From: Azolla caroliniana
Taxonomy: Eukaryota; Plantae; Polypodiophyta
Direction of reading: 5' to 3'
DNA: 64,000 bases
Assembly: GCA_043228905.1 (NCBI GenBank)
Contig: JBHGNT010000021.1
Coordinates: 9,734,001 to 9,798,000 of the forward strand
In this document: positions 12,401 to 26,000 of the stretch, piece after piece
Layout: every line of letters starts with the position of its first letter
Position numbering within the stretch: the first letter of the stretch is position 1
The notes under the pieces: model-generated
The model's database searches: none
The model's input: only the letters and a program-made list of their open reading frames with translations
Told to the model about the DNA's origin: nothing
Translations under genes and position numbers: made by a program

Positions 12401-14908
12401 CCGGTTCATCCTCTCGGCCAGCCCGTTCAGTTCCGGCGTCTTCGGCACAGTAAACTCGAGCCGGATTCCCTTCGAGCGACAGTACTCCTGGAACTGCCCC
12501 CGGTATTCCCCTCCGTTATCCGCTCGTATCGCTTTCAGCTTCTTGCCGGATTCCCTTTCCACTCTCGCGTGGAGTTCTTTGAAGACACACAACACTTGGT
12601 CCTTTGTCTTCAACGGTGCCGTCCACAGCTTCCGGCTGTGGTCATCAATGAATGTCACGAAGTACTGGGCTCCGCCATGTGACTTCGTTTCTACTTGACA
12701 CACATCAGTGTGTACCAACTCCAATGGTACACTACGTCTCGTCGGTGGCCTTGAGTGGAAGGAGGCTCGGTTCTGCTTACCGGCCAGGCAATCGGTGCAC
12801 TTCTCCAGGTGCACGTGCTTCACTGGAATAAGGTTGTCTTCTGCAAGCCTCTTCATCCCCTTCTCACTCATGTGGCACAGTCTTTTGTGCCACATCTCAC
12901 CGGCAGTGTCGGCTGCCACATTCAGCTCTTCCGGACATAACCAGGCATTCATCAGGTACAGTGTGTTGACCTTCCGGGCCCGAGCCACTATCAAGCTCCC
13001 CTTGCTGAACTTCATGACACCGTTCCGGATGCTACCCGTGTAGCCTTCATCATCTAGCCTCCCGGCCGAAATCAGGTTCAGTCAGACCTCCGGAACGTGT
13101 CGGACATTCTTCAGCAGCATTTTGCATCCGGTCGGGGTTGTCAACCACACGTCTCCTATGCCGGCAATCCGGCACGTACCTTCGTTTCCCATCCGAACAC
13201 AGCCATGCTCGCCGGCTGTGTAGGATGAGAAGTATCTTCTCTCCGGGGTCAGGTGGAACGATGCTCCGGAATCGACCACCCAGGTCGTCTCATCGCCGGC
13301 AATGTTTAGTTCACCTTCTTCGGTGATGAGCATGATCTCCTCTTCACTTGCCGCGAGTGCCGTCGTTCCTTTCCGGTCCTGTCCTCGCCGATCCGAACCA
13401 TTTCGGTCCGTGGCTCCCCGGTATGCACCGTTTCTCTCCGGTGACTTCTTCGAATCGGTGTTGTCGGTTCCATTGTCCTTTCGGTAATGCCGACACTTGT
13501 TTCGGAAGTGCCCCGGCTTCCCACAGTGGAAGCATGTGGGCCTTCCTCTTGACTGCGACCGGGTCCCCGACTTCTCCCGTCTTTGCGAACTCCGGTTCCA
13601 TTGTCTTCCCCGATCCGATTCGGTAAACAACATCTTCGGGTCGGAGGCCGGTTCCTTATCTCTCCGACGCGCTTCTTCGTTCAAAATACTTGTCTTTGCC
13701 GTTTGTAGGGACAAGTTATCTTCGGTGCAGGAGGTGCTGAGAGTTACCACCAAGTTTTCCCAGCTTTCCGGCAATGTACACATCAGAATGATGGCTTGCA
13801 TTGCATCCTCCAGCGGGAACTTGATCGCCGCAAGCTGGTTCACGAATCCCATGAACGTGCTTACGTGTTCCACCATACTCTCGCCGTCCCGGTACTTGAG
13901 ATTCACAATCTTCCTCATCAGGGAGGTCCGGTTCAGCGCATTCTTCCTCTCGTAGAGGCCCGACAGCTTCCGCCACATCTCATATGCGTTGGTGTCGTTC
14001 GCCACATGTTGTAGAACGCTCACGTCTACGTATTGCCGAATGGTTGCAACGGCTTTCCGGTTCAGCAGCCTCCATTCCGACTCAAGTACCCCCTTCGGTA
14101 TTTCCGACCTGTCAATCGGTTCGTACAGGTCCCGAACAATCAGAAGATCCTCCATCTTGATCTTCCAGTCGGCGTAATTCTGTGCAGTCAGCACCATCAT
14201 CCCCGGCTGCCCGCTGCCGCCGCCTTCCATTTTCTGCAGCAGTTCGCTCTGATACCAGTTTGTAAGGAATAGACCCTTCTATTCACCTTCACCGCTCGGC
14301 CACAACCGAGTAAGCGCGAATAAATGGAGCAGAAAATAGGAACCACAAAGAGAAACAAAACGCGAGTACACAGGGATTAACGTGGAAAACCCTAGACGGG
14401 AAAAACCACGGGAGTACAAGACTCCAAACCAACACTATACAGAGAAGTATACAATGGCGAGCTGCAAGGCGACGACCTTGAGCTCGCTGTCCTCGCCACA
14501 GACGGCGGAAATACACAGAGGCGTCTACCTCTTCCTCTCTCGCGCTCTATCTCTCTCTCTCTCTCTCTCTCTCACGGCTGCTTACACTTCACTCCTCTTG
14601 AGTGGAAAAACAGAAAAAATGAGAAGCAACAGTAAAACTGTTTGCCCTAAGTCATATTTATACTTATATGACTTTGGGCTATTTACAACTATAGCCTCAG
14701 GGGCCCATAGCGAACATATTCACGGATATGTCCCTGCATCCGGATCGCTCTCCGGGTACATTCGTCATCCGGTACCGAAGCCGGGGTCTTCGTCATCCGG
14801 TACCGAAACCGGGGTCTTCGTCATCCGGATCCGAAACCGAAACCGGGCTTGTCGGCATTCATCTCCGATATCCGACCATCCCATCCGAAAGGGACCGAAA
14901 TCCCAACA
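9499..14908 (-). mobile_element. Full-length, young Ty1/Copia LTR retrotransposon (Tnt1/Tork-like)
   Basis: 648-bp LTRs at 9499-10146 and 14261-14908 (~6 mismatches by eye). Perfect 5-bp TSD CTACA. tRNA-iMet PBS TGGTATCAGAGC at 14246-14257; PPT at 10147-10163. Confidence 0.98.
10157..14230 (-). pseudogene. Copia Gag-Pol (Gag, CCHC knuckle, protease, integrase, RT, RNase H) with one in-frame TGA at 13082-13084
   Basis: ORFs 14230-13082 and 13015-10157 share a frame. Motifs: CFHCGKPGHFRNKC, VDSGASFH, WHKRLCH, TPELNGLAERMNRT, LLYVDDMLI, RTKHIQRRYHWIRE. Confidence 0.95.
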
Positions 14909-14913
14909 CTACA

Positions 14914-15190
14914 AAAGTCATGTCAAAAGGCACAATTCTTGGTTTTCGTAGAGGTTCTTCCCAATTTTGAGGTCTCTTTTGTTGAGATAACAAGCTCAAA
15001 CCCCTTGTACATATGAAAGCCCACTATCTTATTAGGGCAATCCTAGGTTTAGATATATAAAGGCTCACTGAGCAACATTGTAACTAACTGGCTATTTTTG
15101 TAATACAGTTCTGTCTTTGTCTCTCTCACGCTCTTCGTGTCCCCATCTTTGTGGTGTGTTGTTTTCTATCTTGGTTGTTCATTGTTTACA
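14914..15190 (+). repeat. Possible remnant of an older LTR
   Basis: TATATAAAGG box, pyrimidine-rich U5-like tract and a TTTACA end. No partner copy was seen. Confidence 0.3.
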
Positions 15191-15769
15191 TTGGGACATT
15201 TGAAATAGGGTAATATGTCGCATTCCCTTTTTGATAATTACGTGAGATGTCAAGAATTACCTTTTTTTAACAATCTTTTAAGAACATATCACGCATGCGT
15301 AGATTTTTAAAGACACCGCTCAAATATTAAGTTAATATTTCTAAAATTAAAAAATTAACTGACATTTATCCAATTCTTAGATAAGATGACGGGAATGCAT
15401 CCAATTATAATTGTAATATGCTTCATTGTACAGAATGTTAAATTCGAATCCAACTTAACAAATTTTGAAATGCAATTATGTTTGTATATTTGTCTCTAAA
15501 ACTTATAAAGATCGCTCTGTTGAGTTTGTAAATAGGGTTGAAGGGTTTAATTAGAAAAATATTCGTAAAAGAATATCCCACGAGATACCACGCATGCAAA
15601 AAAACCACTACGCAAATTATATGTCAAAATCATATGAAACAAACTTGAACGCATAATCATATGAGCAACTATCTTGACTTAATATCATTGTGTTTACTTG
15701 AAACTAGTTTACCAAGAATTATGACAACATAAATCATAAGCCATTTGACACAATGAAAAACTTGCCTCG

Positions 15770-18700
15770 ATGACAGCTGAAGAGTGGAGATCCACAAACG
15801 AAATTGCACACTCCACCACCCGAATGCATCTAGCCGAAAACGTCTACTTCAACATGGCAAAATAGACGATAGCGTTCTTTGTGGGAGAAGCTAAAAGCTG
15901 TGTACGAGAAAAAGTCCTCAACTTCAAAACTGATTTTGATCAAACAACTGTTCCACATGAAGATGAGAGACACCGATCCAGTTACCTCCCACATCAACAC
16001 CTTCAACCGGGTGTTGTCAGAACTCATCTCCCAAGGGATCAACTTTGAAGAAGACTTGAAAGCCCTTGCTCTCCTATCGAGCTACTGGCAAGTTGGGAGG
16101 TATTTTTCATGACATATGCCAATAGCAGACCGATCCTAAATCTGGATGAGACGATCGGCCAAGTCCTCACTAAGGACTCACTATCGACGAGTTGGCAGAA
16201 GCCCACTACTCGACCGAGTCGGTCAATCGATTGAGTCGATGAAGAGAACAAATTGACAAAGTCGGTCAACACCATAGTCGATCGAAAATGAGGGGAGACT
16301 AACAACGGTCGAAGTCGAGAACATGCCGATCAGGTGAATTCTTCACACATTGCAGAAAAGTTGGCCACAATGTTTCTAATTGCTGGTTGATCAAGAAGAA
16401 AGAGAGTGGTGGGCGATTAGTGCGAAATCAAGCACAATCCGACTTGGAACACTCTCTGGTCGGCAATCAAATAACCATTACCGACACCCGATCTGGAGAA
16501 ATTATCTCCTTAGAGGACTCGATGATCAGAGAAGTCCTCTATAGTGCACAAGATGCACACATGTCGTTACCGGATTCCGGTGCCACATTCCATGTGACCC
16601 GCAACATCGAATGGTTTTCAAACTATTTAGCCGACGCCAACAACACAATCTGACTAAGCATAGGCAACGAGCAAGAGTGCAGAATAGCAGGAGTTGGCAA
16701 AGTACCAATTCAACTACCAAACGACAACACAATAGTCCTGCACCAAGTTGATGTGCGGAAAATAGCGCTCGGCCACAACCGAGTCTTAAACAACGAATGG
16801 AAGAAAATAAACTAACACAGAGATGACACAAGATGTTTACGTGGAAACCCTAAATGGGAAAAACCACGGGATCCCACGGACTCCAACTATCACTATGAGG
16901 GGAGGAATACAATGTGAGATTTAGAGGCAACAATCTCGAGCTCTATGTCTTCGCCAACCGGAGGTTACAACAGAAATCGTGTTGTCTCTCTCTCTCTCTC
17001 TCTCTCTCACTCACTCACTCACTGTGTACACACTCTATCAACAACTCTCATCATACCTACAGTGATTGCCCTAAGCCATATTTATACTTATATGAATTTA
17101 GGGCTATTTTCAAATATAGCCTCAATGGGCTCACTATGAAACATATTTACACATATGTTCTTGGATCCAGTTTGCACCAGATCCATTCGGATTCACTCGA
17201 TTCAGTTTTCAGGTCTCATCAGAAACCCTTCCGGATCTGGTTCCTTCATCTGGCTCGTCCGATCCAGTTGCTCCGATTCGGCTCCTCCGATTCTCATCCG
17301 GATCCCATCTAGAGGGACCAAATTCTCCACAAACTCCCCCTTCACTCCGGCATGGGATTTCTCGTTAATCCGATCCGTCTTCGGCATGTGTCTAGCTTGT
17401 CGGTTGATAACACCTTGGTCAACATATCCGATCCGTTTTCCTTCAAGTGGATCTTCGTCAGCACAAAGTCTTGATCTTCTACTCTCTCCCGGATCCAGTG
17501 ATACCTCCGTTGGATGTGCTTGGTCCGGGAATGGTATGCCGTGTTCTTTGCAAGGTGAATGGCACTTTGACTGTCGCAGTAGAGCCGGTATTCCTCCTAT
17601 CGGACCCTTAGTTCTCCAATGAAGTCCTTCATCCAGATTACTTTCTTGCCGGATTCCATAGCTACTATGTACTCTGCTTCTGTTGTCGATAGTGCAATGG
17701 ACTTATGCAGTTTCAACTACCATGATACGGCTCTGCCTGCATAACTCCTGACATATCTGGATCAAGACCGGCTGGTATCTGCATCAGCCAACATATCCGA
17801 ATCCGTGAATCCATCACGTTGGGGTTTACCGGAGCCAAACCGAAGTCACATACTCGAGATGCCTTTCAAATACCGGAGTATCCACTTGACCATGTTCCAG
17901 TGCTCTCTTCCCAGATTGCTCATGAACCGGTTGACTACTCCGACAACATAGGCAATATCCAACAGTGTGCACACCATTGCATACATTAAGCTTCCGACGA
18001 CAAAGGCATATAGTATCTTCATCATATCCGAATTCTTTGCCTTTGTCTTTGGGCTCTGCTTTCCAGACAACTTGCAATTTGCCGGAAGTGTTGATCCGAC
18101 CGGTTTCGCCTCCGACATGTTGAACCGTTGAAGCATTTGTGTCACGTACTTTTCTTGTGACAACCACAATAGCTTCTTCTTCCGGTCCTAGATGATGTGC
18201 ATCCCTTAGATTTCTCTTGCCGGACCCAAGTCTTTCATTGAGAAGGTCCTGTATAGGGCCTTCTTTAGCATTCGTATCTTAACTTGGTCTCGTTCGACGA
18301 TCAACATGTCGTTCACGTACAGGAGCAATATCAGGGAATCTCCTCTGTCAAATGTTTTCACAAACACGTAGTGATTGGCTTGCTTCTTGTGGTACCCTTG
18401 ATCGGTCATGAAGGAGTCAAACTTCTAGTACCATTGCTGGGGGGCTTGCTTCAATCCGTATAAGCTATTCTTCAGTCGGCACACTAGGTGCTCCTTCTCT
18501 TTCTTCTCAAATCCCTCTGGTTGATGCATGTAGATCTCTTCTTTGAGGTCGCCCTGTAGGAATGCCGTCTTGACGTCCAGTTGCTCTACCTTGAGGTCCA
18601 TGCTTGCAACTATGCCCAATACCATCCGGATGGATGTCATCTTTACTACCGGGGCAAAGATCTCATCGAAGTCCACTCCTTTCGTTTGCTAAAAGCCCTT

Positions 18701-21700
18701 CACCATGATCCTGACCTTATACCTTGGTGGATTTACGGCATCTGCCAATTTCAACTTGTACACCCACTTGTTCCGGAGTGCCCTCAATCCTTTCAGCAAC
18801 TCCGTCAGTTCATATGTGTGGTTCTCATGCAGGGAATCCATCTCGTCCTACATGGCACTCAACCACTTGCGGCTATGAGTGTCTTTCTTTGCTTCTTCGA
18901 AGTTTTCCGGCTCCCCCTCATCGGTCAGCAATACGTGCTCTGCATCCGGAAATCTCCGGGGGGCTCTTCTGTCCCTGAGAGGGTATCTCTGCCCTTGGTC
19001 TTCAACTACCGGTTCCTCTGTTTGTTCTTCGGGGTCTTGTCCGGTTTTGGTGTCTTCTTCTTCTTCTTCTTCGGTCGTCATCAGCGCCTCAACCCAAAAT
19101 GTCTTGGGTAACTTGGCATGTCCTAGCATGCTTCGAACTCTCTGCATTATGGTCAAGTTCATCTGTTCAGCCAACCCGTTCAATTCCAGCGTCTTCGGCA
19201 TGGTAAATTCGAGCCAGATTCCCTTAGATCGACAGTACTCCTCGAATTGCCCTCAGTATTCTCCTTCGTTATCTGCTCGAACCACCTTCAGATTCCAGCC
19301 GGTTTCTCTTTCCACTCTCGTGTGGAGCTCCTTGAAGACAGAAAACACCTGATCCTTTGTCTTCAATGGTGAGACCCACAGCTTCCGGTTGTGGTCATCT
19401 ATGAACGTCAAGAAATACTGCGATCTGGCATGTGACTTCATGTCCACTTGACACACATCGGTATGCACCAACTCCAGTGGTGCATTCTGGCTCGTCGGTG
19501 GTCTTGATCGGAATGAGGTTCGGTTTTGCTTGCTGGCCAAGCAGTCGGTGCACTTCTCAAGATGCACGTCTTTCACCTCCGGAATGAGGTTATCTTTGGC
19601 AACTCTTCTCATCCTCTTCTACTCATATGACACAGTCTCTTGTGCCATAGCTTACCGGCAGTGTCGGATGCTACGTTCACTTCTTCCCGATGTATACAGG
19701 CCTGCATCAGGTACAACGTGTTGATCTTCCGGGCTCGAGCCACAATCAAGTTTCGGCTGCTACCCGTGTAGCCTTCATCATCTAGTCAACCGGCTAATAT
19801 TAGATTCAACTGAACCTCTGGAACGTGTCCGACATCCTTCAACTTGCATCCGGTTGATGTCGTCAACAACACATCTCCTATGCCGATGATTCGGCATATC
19901 CCTTCATTCCCCATTCGGACACAATCGTGATCTCCGATTGTGGAGGATGAGAAGCATCTCCGGTCCGGTGTCAGATGGAACGATGCTCCGGAATCGACAA
20001 CCCATATTGTCTCGTCGTCGACAAGGTTTAACTCATTCTCCTCGGTAATGAGCATCAGTTCTTCTTCACTTGTCGTGATTGCCGACGTTCCCTTCCGATC
20101 TGACCCTTTCCAGTCTGAACCCTTCTTCTAATCGGCACAGTCGGTTCCTTTCTCTTTCCCGAAGTGCCATCAGTTCTTCTGGAAGTGGCCCGTCTTCCCA
20201 CAGTAGAAGCAAGTAGGGCCTCCCCCTTGACTTCGACCTCATCCTCGATTTGTCCCGGTTTTGGGGACTCCGATACCGGCCTCTTCCCCGGTTGTGCTCA
20301 TCTTCCGTAACCAAGGCCTTCGGATCGGTTCCGGACTCCTAGTCCTTTCGGCGAGCTTCTTCATCTAGCAAGCTTGATTTTACCCTTGCTTGGGACAACT
20401 ACTTTCCTTCCGGCCCGGCGTTGCCCAAAAGTGACAACTAGCGACTCCCAACTATCCGGGAGGGAACCGATCAGGAGCAATGCAAGCAACCCGTCATCTA
20501 AAGGTACTTCGAGCGAAGTTGTTTGATTTATGAGCCCCTGGAAGGCATTCATACGTTCCGCCATATTGGAGTCGTCTTGGTACCCGAGCCTCACTAGCTT
20601 CCGGAATACCGAAACCCGATTAACGACATTTTTGTTCTGGAACATGATGCTGATCTTCTCCCAGAGTTCATGAGCCTTACTTTCTTCATTGAAGTTGTTC
20701 TACAGGCTCATATCGATGAAGCACCGGATGTACGTCGTCATCATCATGTGCATCACCTCCCATGTTGCAACATCAATCTTATCCGGTTTCTTGTGCCCGA
20801 ACTGTACTGATAACCAAAGATCTTTAACCACCAACATGTCCCTCATCTTTGACTTCCACACTAAGAAGTTGGAGCCGGTGAGCTTGAACATGCCGCCGAA
20901 CGACTCTTCCATTTCCTGCGTTGTTCGCTCTGATACTAGTTTGTGCGGAAAATAGTGCTCGTCCACAACCTAGTCTTAAACAACGAATGGAAGAAAATAA
21001 ACTAACATAGAGATGACACTAGATGTTTACGTGGAAACCCGTAATGGGAAAAACCACGGGATCCCACGAACTCCGACTATCACTACGAGGGGAGGAATAC
21101 AATATGAGACTCAAAGGCAACGACCTTGAGCTCTATGTCTTCGCCAACCCGAGGTTACAACAGAAATTGTGTTGTCTCTGTCTCTCTCACTCACTCATTG
21201 TGTACACACTCTATCAACAACTCTCATCATACCTAAAGTGATTGCCCTAAGTCATATTTATTATACTTATATGACTTTAGGGCTATTTACAAATATAGAA
21301 TTGATGGGCTTACTATGAAACATATTTACACATATGTTCTTGGATCCGTTTTGCAGCGGATCCATCCGGATTCAGTCAATCCAGTTTCCGGGTCTCATCC
21401 AAAACCCTTCCGAATCTGGTTCCTTCATCCGACTCGTCCGATCCGGCTGCTCCGATTTTCATCGGATCCCATTCTGAGGGACCGAATTCCCAACAGCTGA
21501 CACATACCTTATCTAAAAACAAGTTTGGTCTCTGTCAGCATGCTAGCCGAAGACAGGTATTGAACGACTCTAAGTGAGTCGGTATGGGTGATCAGCCGAG
21601 GAAATCTCAAAATCGGGAATAGGCACAAGTACAATAACTTGTACCTATTAATGGCGATCAATACAGAAGGGGCTGTGAACGTAGTCGAGAAGACCGATCC

Positions 21701-22990
21701 AAACCTGTGGCATGGTCATCTCGACCATGTGTCTCAACCCGGACTCGATTGGCTGATGGTAGTAGGCTACATCCCCAAACTTCAAGCAAAGACGGATTTC
21801 TACGAGCATTGTTGATACAACAGACCTGAAGTTCACACTCTCTCCACTATGACACGGTATGACAACCCCTAAAGCTCGTGCATACAGATATATGTGGGCC
21901 CATGCTAAAGCGATCACTAGGAGGCTCCCAATACTTCATCACTTTTGTAGATGACTATACAAGGAAGGTCTGGGCCTACTCCATCAGGTCCAAAGATGAA
22001 GCACTCAAGGTCTTCACTTGATGGATATCCGAAATGGAGAACCAATTGGGGTGAAGATACTCCGATCTGACCATGGAGGTGAGTACACCTCCAAAGCTTT
22101 CAAATAGTACTTGTTCGACAACAAGATCCGACATCTAAAGACCGTTCCTTACACACCCATGAGAAATGGAGTGGCTTACTAGAGCATTGTCGTCACCCTC
22201 TCCTGGATCCTTCGGTTGGGGTGAAGACACTCTGATCTGACAATGGAGGTGAGTACACCTCCAGAGCTTTAAAACAGTACTTGTTCAACAACAGGATCTG
22301 ACATCTAAAGACCGTTCCTTACACACCCATGAGAAATGGTGTGGTAGAACAGATCAACTGAACGATCCAAGAGAGGGTGACAACAATGCTCTAGTAAGCC
22401 GACTAAAGTTGGAGTTTTGGGCTGAGGCATTGAAGACGACAATATAGCTGGTAAATCTATCACTGTCGAAAGCAATCAGACTCGAAGTGCCACAGGAACT
22501 ATGGTTAGGCAAACAACCAACCTACGATAGGCTTCGAATATTCGGAGGGAAGCCCACACATTCATCCCTAGGGAGAAAAGGACCAAGTTGGCACCCCATG
22601 CAACAAAATGTATATTTCTCGGTTATGCAACCAATGGGGACTTCGGCTACCGGCTATGGGACCCTCAAAACTGGAAACTAATACGGAGCAGTGACGTAGT
22701 CTTCAATGAAGACTCTATCTTCTCTCAGTGGAACCAATAGAAAATAGTTGGTAAAAAGGTATCCTTCGAAGACGATAAAGTTGTGGCAAAAGGATCCACC
22801 CACCGGACCAACTCAGAGTCTTGACAAACAATTGCACTCGAACAAGCCAACAATACATCAGGCAACTCAGAATCGACAACAGGTTCAAGAGTCGAACTCG
22901 AAGACAAAGTCAAATAGACCAGAGTCGGAAATATGACAGAGTCAAAAGAGACAGAAACCAACTGACTGAAACACTAGACATCACTCAAGT
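15770..22990 (+). mobile_element. Degenerate Copia (gag, protease, integrase remnants) split by the 16752-21495 insertion
   Basis: WEKLKAVYEKKS (15879) and PDSGATFHVT (16570). VLHQV|HIPYL continues across the insertion, followed by LWHGHLDH (21705) and integrase/SH3 remnants to ~22730. Many stops. Confidence 0.85.
16752..21495 (-). mobile_element. Degenerate Copia related to 9499-14908, with internal deletions
   Basis: LTRs at 16752-17331 and 20942-21495; TSD GTTGA/GCTGA. Mutated iMet PBS at 20927-20938; PPT at 17332-17348. Fragmented gag-pol, with a deletion junction FWVEALMTT|EEEEE at ~19075. Confidence 0.93.
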
Positions 22991-23089
22991 GATAAATAGA
23001 TCTGAGTCGACCGAGTACCCAAAGGAGAACGACACGACACCATTGAACTCCCAACATGGGGGCATGTCATCTAACAAGACTCCTAATAC

Positions 23090-26000
23090 AACTGGTTCAA
23101 CAAATGTTGATCGACCAATAAGGCCTCAAGTGTTCTTAACTTATCCTAATGTCCACAATGACCCTAATCTTATAGTCATAGTAATGCAAAGAGTTTTAAC
23201 ATCTTGGCAAGGTATTGTCCCACCAATACTATACGTGCAACTAGCTAACAGGGCTAGAGAAAAAATTAATTAGAATATGTTCGGTTATTTAAGCATGCTA
23301 GTAGAAAGGGGCATATTTAAAAATATTAAGGTAAACTTCTTACTAGCTGGTCATATGATGATCATATAGATAAAATGTTTAGCCGGTTCTCAAAGAAATT
23401 AGCGAGATGTGATGCTTTCACGCTTCCTACGTTATCAAAGTTGATCACTAAAGCTTATACCCCAAAGCTAGATGTACAAAATTTGGATGGAGTTTATGAC
23501 TTTAAACGCTTCTCTGTGGATGGTGATGGGACTCGCTGTAGGGTTCTTGCTCCGCTAAATATTATTAGTTTTAACCACGTCTTCCTCATAAAAAAAAGTT
23601 CTATCGGCCACAACCAGATGATGTTATATGCCAAACAATAATCCTCTAGTTCACAATGGGAGCCACAAGAGGGATGTAGGCTCGTATTGCATTTTCCAGA
23701 TGCGGTAATCCATGGTGCAGAACAAATTTCGTATGACAACCATAATAGATTGGCAACTGGTAGTTTGATTGAAGAGCAAACGATATATTGGATGTGGTGC
23801 CTTGAAGAAAAATCCAAAAGTATTGAGTGTACCAAAAAGTATGTTCGTGATCATGATGTTAATTGGTGGGGTAAGTTCTTTAATCATCAACATACAATAT
23901 TAGATAACCACTTTGCCGGTTACTGGTTACTCCAAAATCAATTCAAATGGAATATTGGTGGCCCAACAATGGTGAGCATGACTCGTTTACAACCACTAGA
24001 TAACCTTGAATTGAATAATCTAGTTCGTCCATGACAAAGAGATATTTGTGTGGGACCAAGATGCCAAAGCAAGATGCCAAAGCAACCTACATGAGCTACA
24101 AGTTGGTATGTTGGTTGCAACACTAGGTGGTGGTGATAAGTTGGGTCATCCCTTTTGGATTGCTAAAATCACCGAAATTATTAGGGACGAAGAAGAAAAT
24201 CAAGTTCAATCCATTTTGGTTCATTGGTATCATACGTCTTCCCCATATGCATTTAGTAGGAAGTATTCTTTAGTGATGGTTACGGGTGTCGGAGGCACAA
24301 GCAGAAAGCAGAGAAGAAAGAATCTACCCAGCTCGTCTACTCTGACACTTGATAATGTCGACATACTAGTGTATGACTTCTCCTTGACCAAAATAGGCCA
24401 TCTAAGACAAACTACAATGAAGATAATAAAAGAGAAGATCCCATATGTGCCTCCTGATGCAACATAGAGACGAACAAGGAGTATGTCTCATAATCACGGT
24501 GACGTTGGATTACACAGTTCGGAAGTATGACAGTTCGGTAAAACATAGAAAACGAAAAGATGGAGAGGGAAAGACAGAGAGCGAGAGCAGAACACAAAAA
24601 GTCAGATTCAAAAAATAACACTCTGTCTGTACATACTTCGTGCGCAGTGAGCCCCTTTTATACAAGCCTTGACTATCGGGCTGACAAAAGTACTAACAGT
24701 ACTTGACTGCTCATAAATGAGCTGACTACACAAACTCCCAAAACTATTCCTTACGAGGAATAACACTCTAACGACCTTTCGGTTTACGAACCGTTATGGC
24801 CATGTTGTGCGCACGATTTTACGCACCCAGTCTACGCATTGGGTTGCGTACCGTATTACGCACCCAATGTTGAGCTTGTCACTCATCACTCCCCCTCAAG
24901 CTCAACTTGAGGTTCCATCCACTCTTTTGGATCTTCACTCTAGCTTCTCCTAGCTTCACGCCTCGCTCGTGCTCGTCCACTCATTCGATTCCACGTGCTT
25001 CGACCCTTCCAGTCGGCTTGTTTGGTCGTTCGGCCGTTCTCAGCTCCCTTGTTGTCGCGGTGTTGGTGCCTCTTCCACTGCCCTTTTCTCCGCATGGCCT
25101 TCAGTTAATTCGGCATATTCGAATCAAACATTTCTTACTCAATTCCACTCTAATCCAAATTGGATGTCTCCAATTCGTCTTTTGTCTTCCGGCCCTTGAC
25201 AACATTAGACCACGTCTTGGTCTTGGCCTTATCTCCCCCTAATTCGGTTGTCCTCAGCTCTTCCCTATGGTTATGGCCCTTGCTCTCTTCTTTGGCTTCT
25301 TCAGTCGGCCCGAAATCGAATTCTTCATCCGATTCCGCATCACGGTTATTTCCGCCGTGATGATTACCTCCCCTCCTTTTGCGCTCTTGTTCCTGTTCAA
25401 ACTCTTGTTCCAGTCTCCCCCTCAAGTACGACGTGTCGAGGTGACGCAAACCTAGCTCACCCAAGAAATGTCGTAACTTGTCTAGACCAAGAGGCTTGGT
25501 GAAACTTCACCTGAAAGGACCCGCTCGCAGACAAAATGGTAATGCACCTCAATGTGCTTGGTCTGGGCATGGAACACAAGGTTTTTCGCAACGTGGATAC
25601 TGCTGAGGTTGTCGCAATAGATCGTCGTTGGATCAGACACCTCTACATGCAGATCTTGTAATAGCCGTTTCAGCCAAATGACTTTGCACGTAGCGACAAT
25701 CGCCCCTCGATACTCGGCCTCCGTGCTCGACAATGCTACTTTCGGCTGCTTCTTACTGCTCCACGCGATCACGACACTTCCTAGAGATAATACATATCCG
25801 GATGTGGATCTACGATCGTGGGCATTTCTGGCCCAATCGGCATCCGTGTAGCCCACCAATTATTCAGTTACACCTGCCCGATACAACAACGCCATGTCCT
25901 TCGTGCCGCTGACATATCGCAATATCCGTTGCGCGCACTGAAAGTGTTCGGCTGTAGGCTGCGACATGAATTGACTGATCAAGCCAACTAGATAACTGAG

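Noticed and set aside
13082-13084. Programmed stop-codon readthrough in the Copia
   Set aside because: The stop lies inside the protease-adjacent region, not at the gag end, and the relative at ~19810 has a sense codon there. A CGA>TGA mutation explains it more simply.
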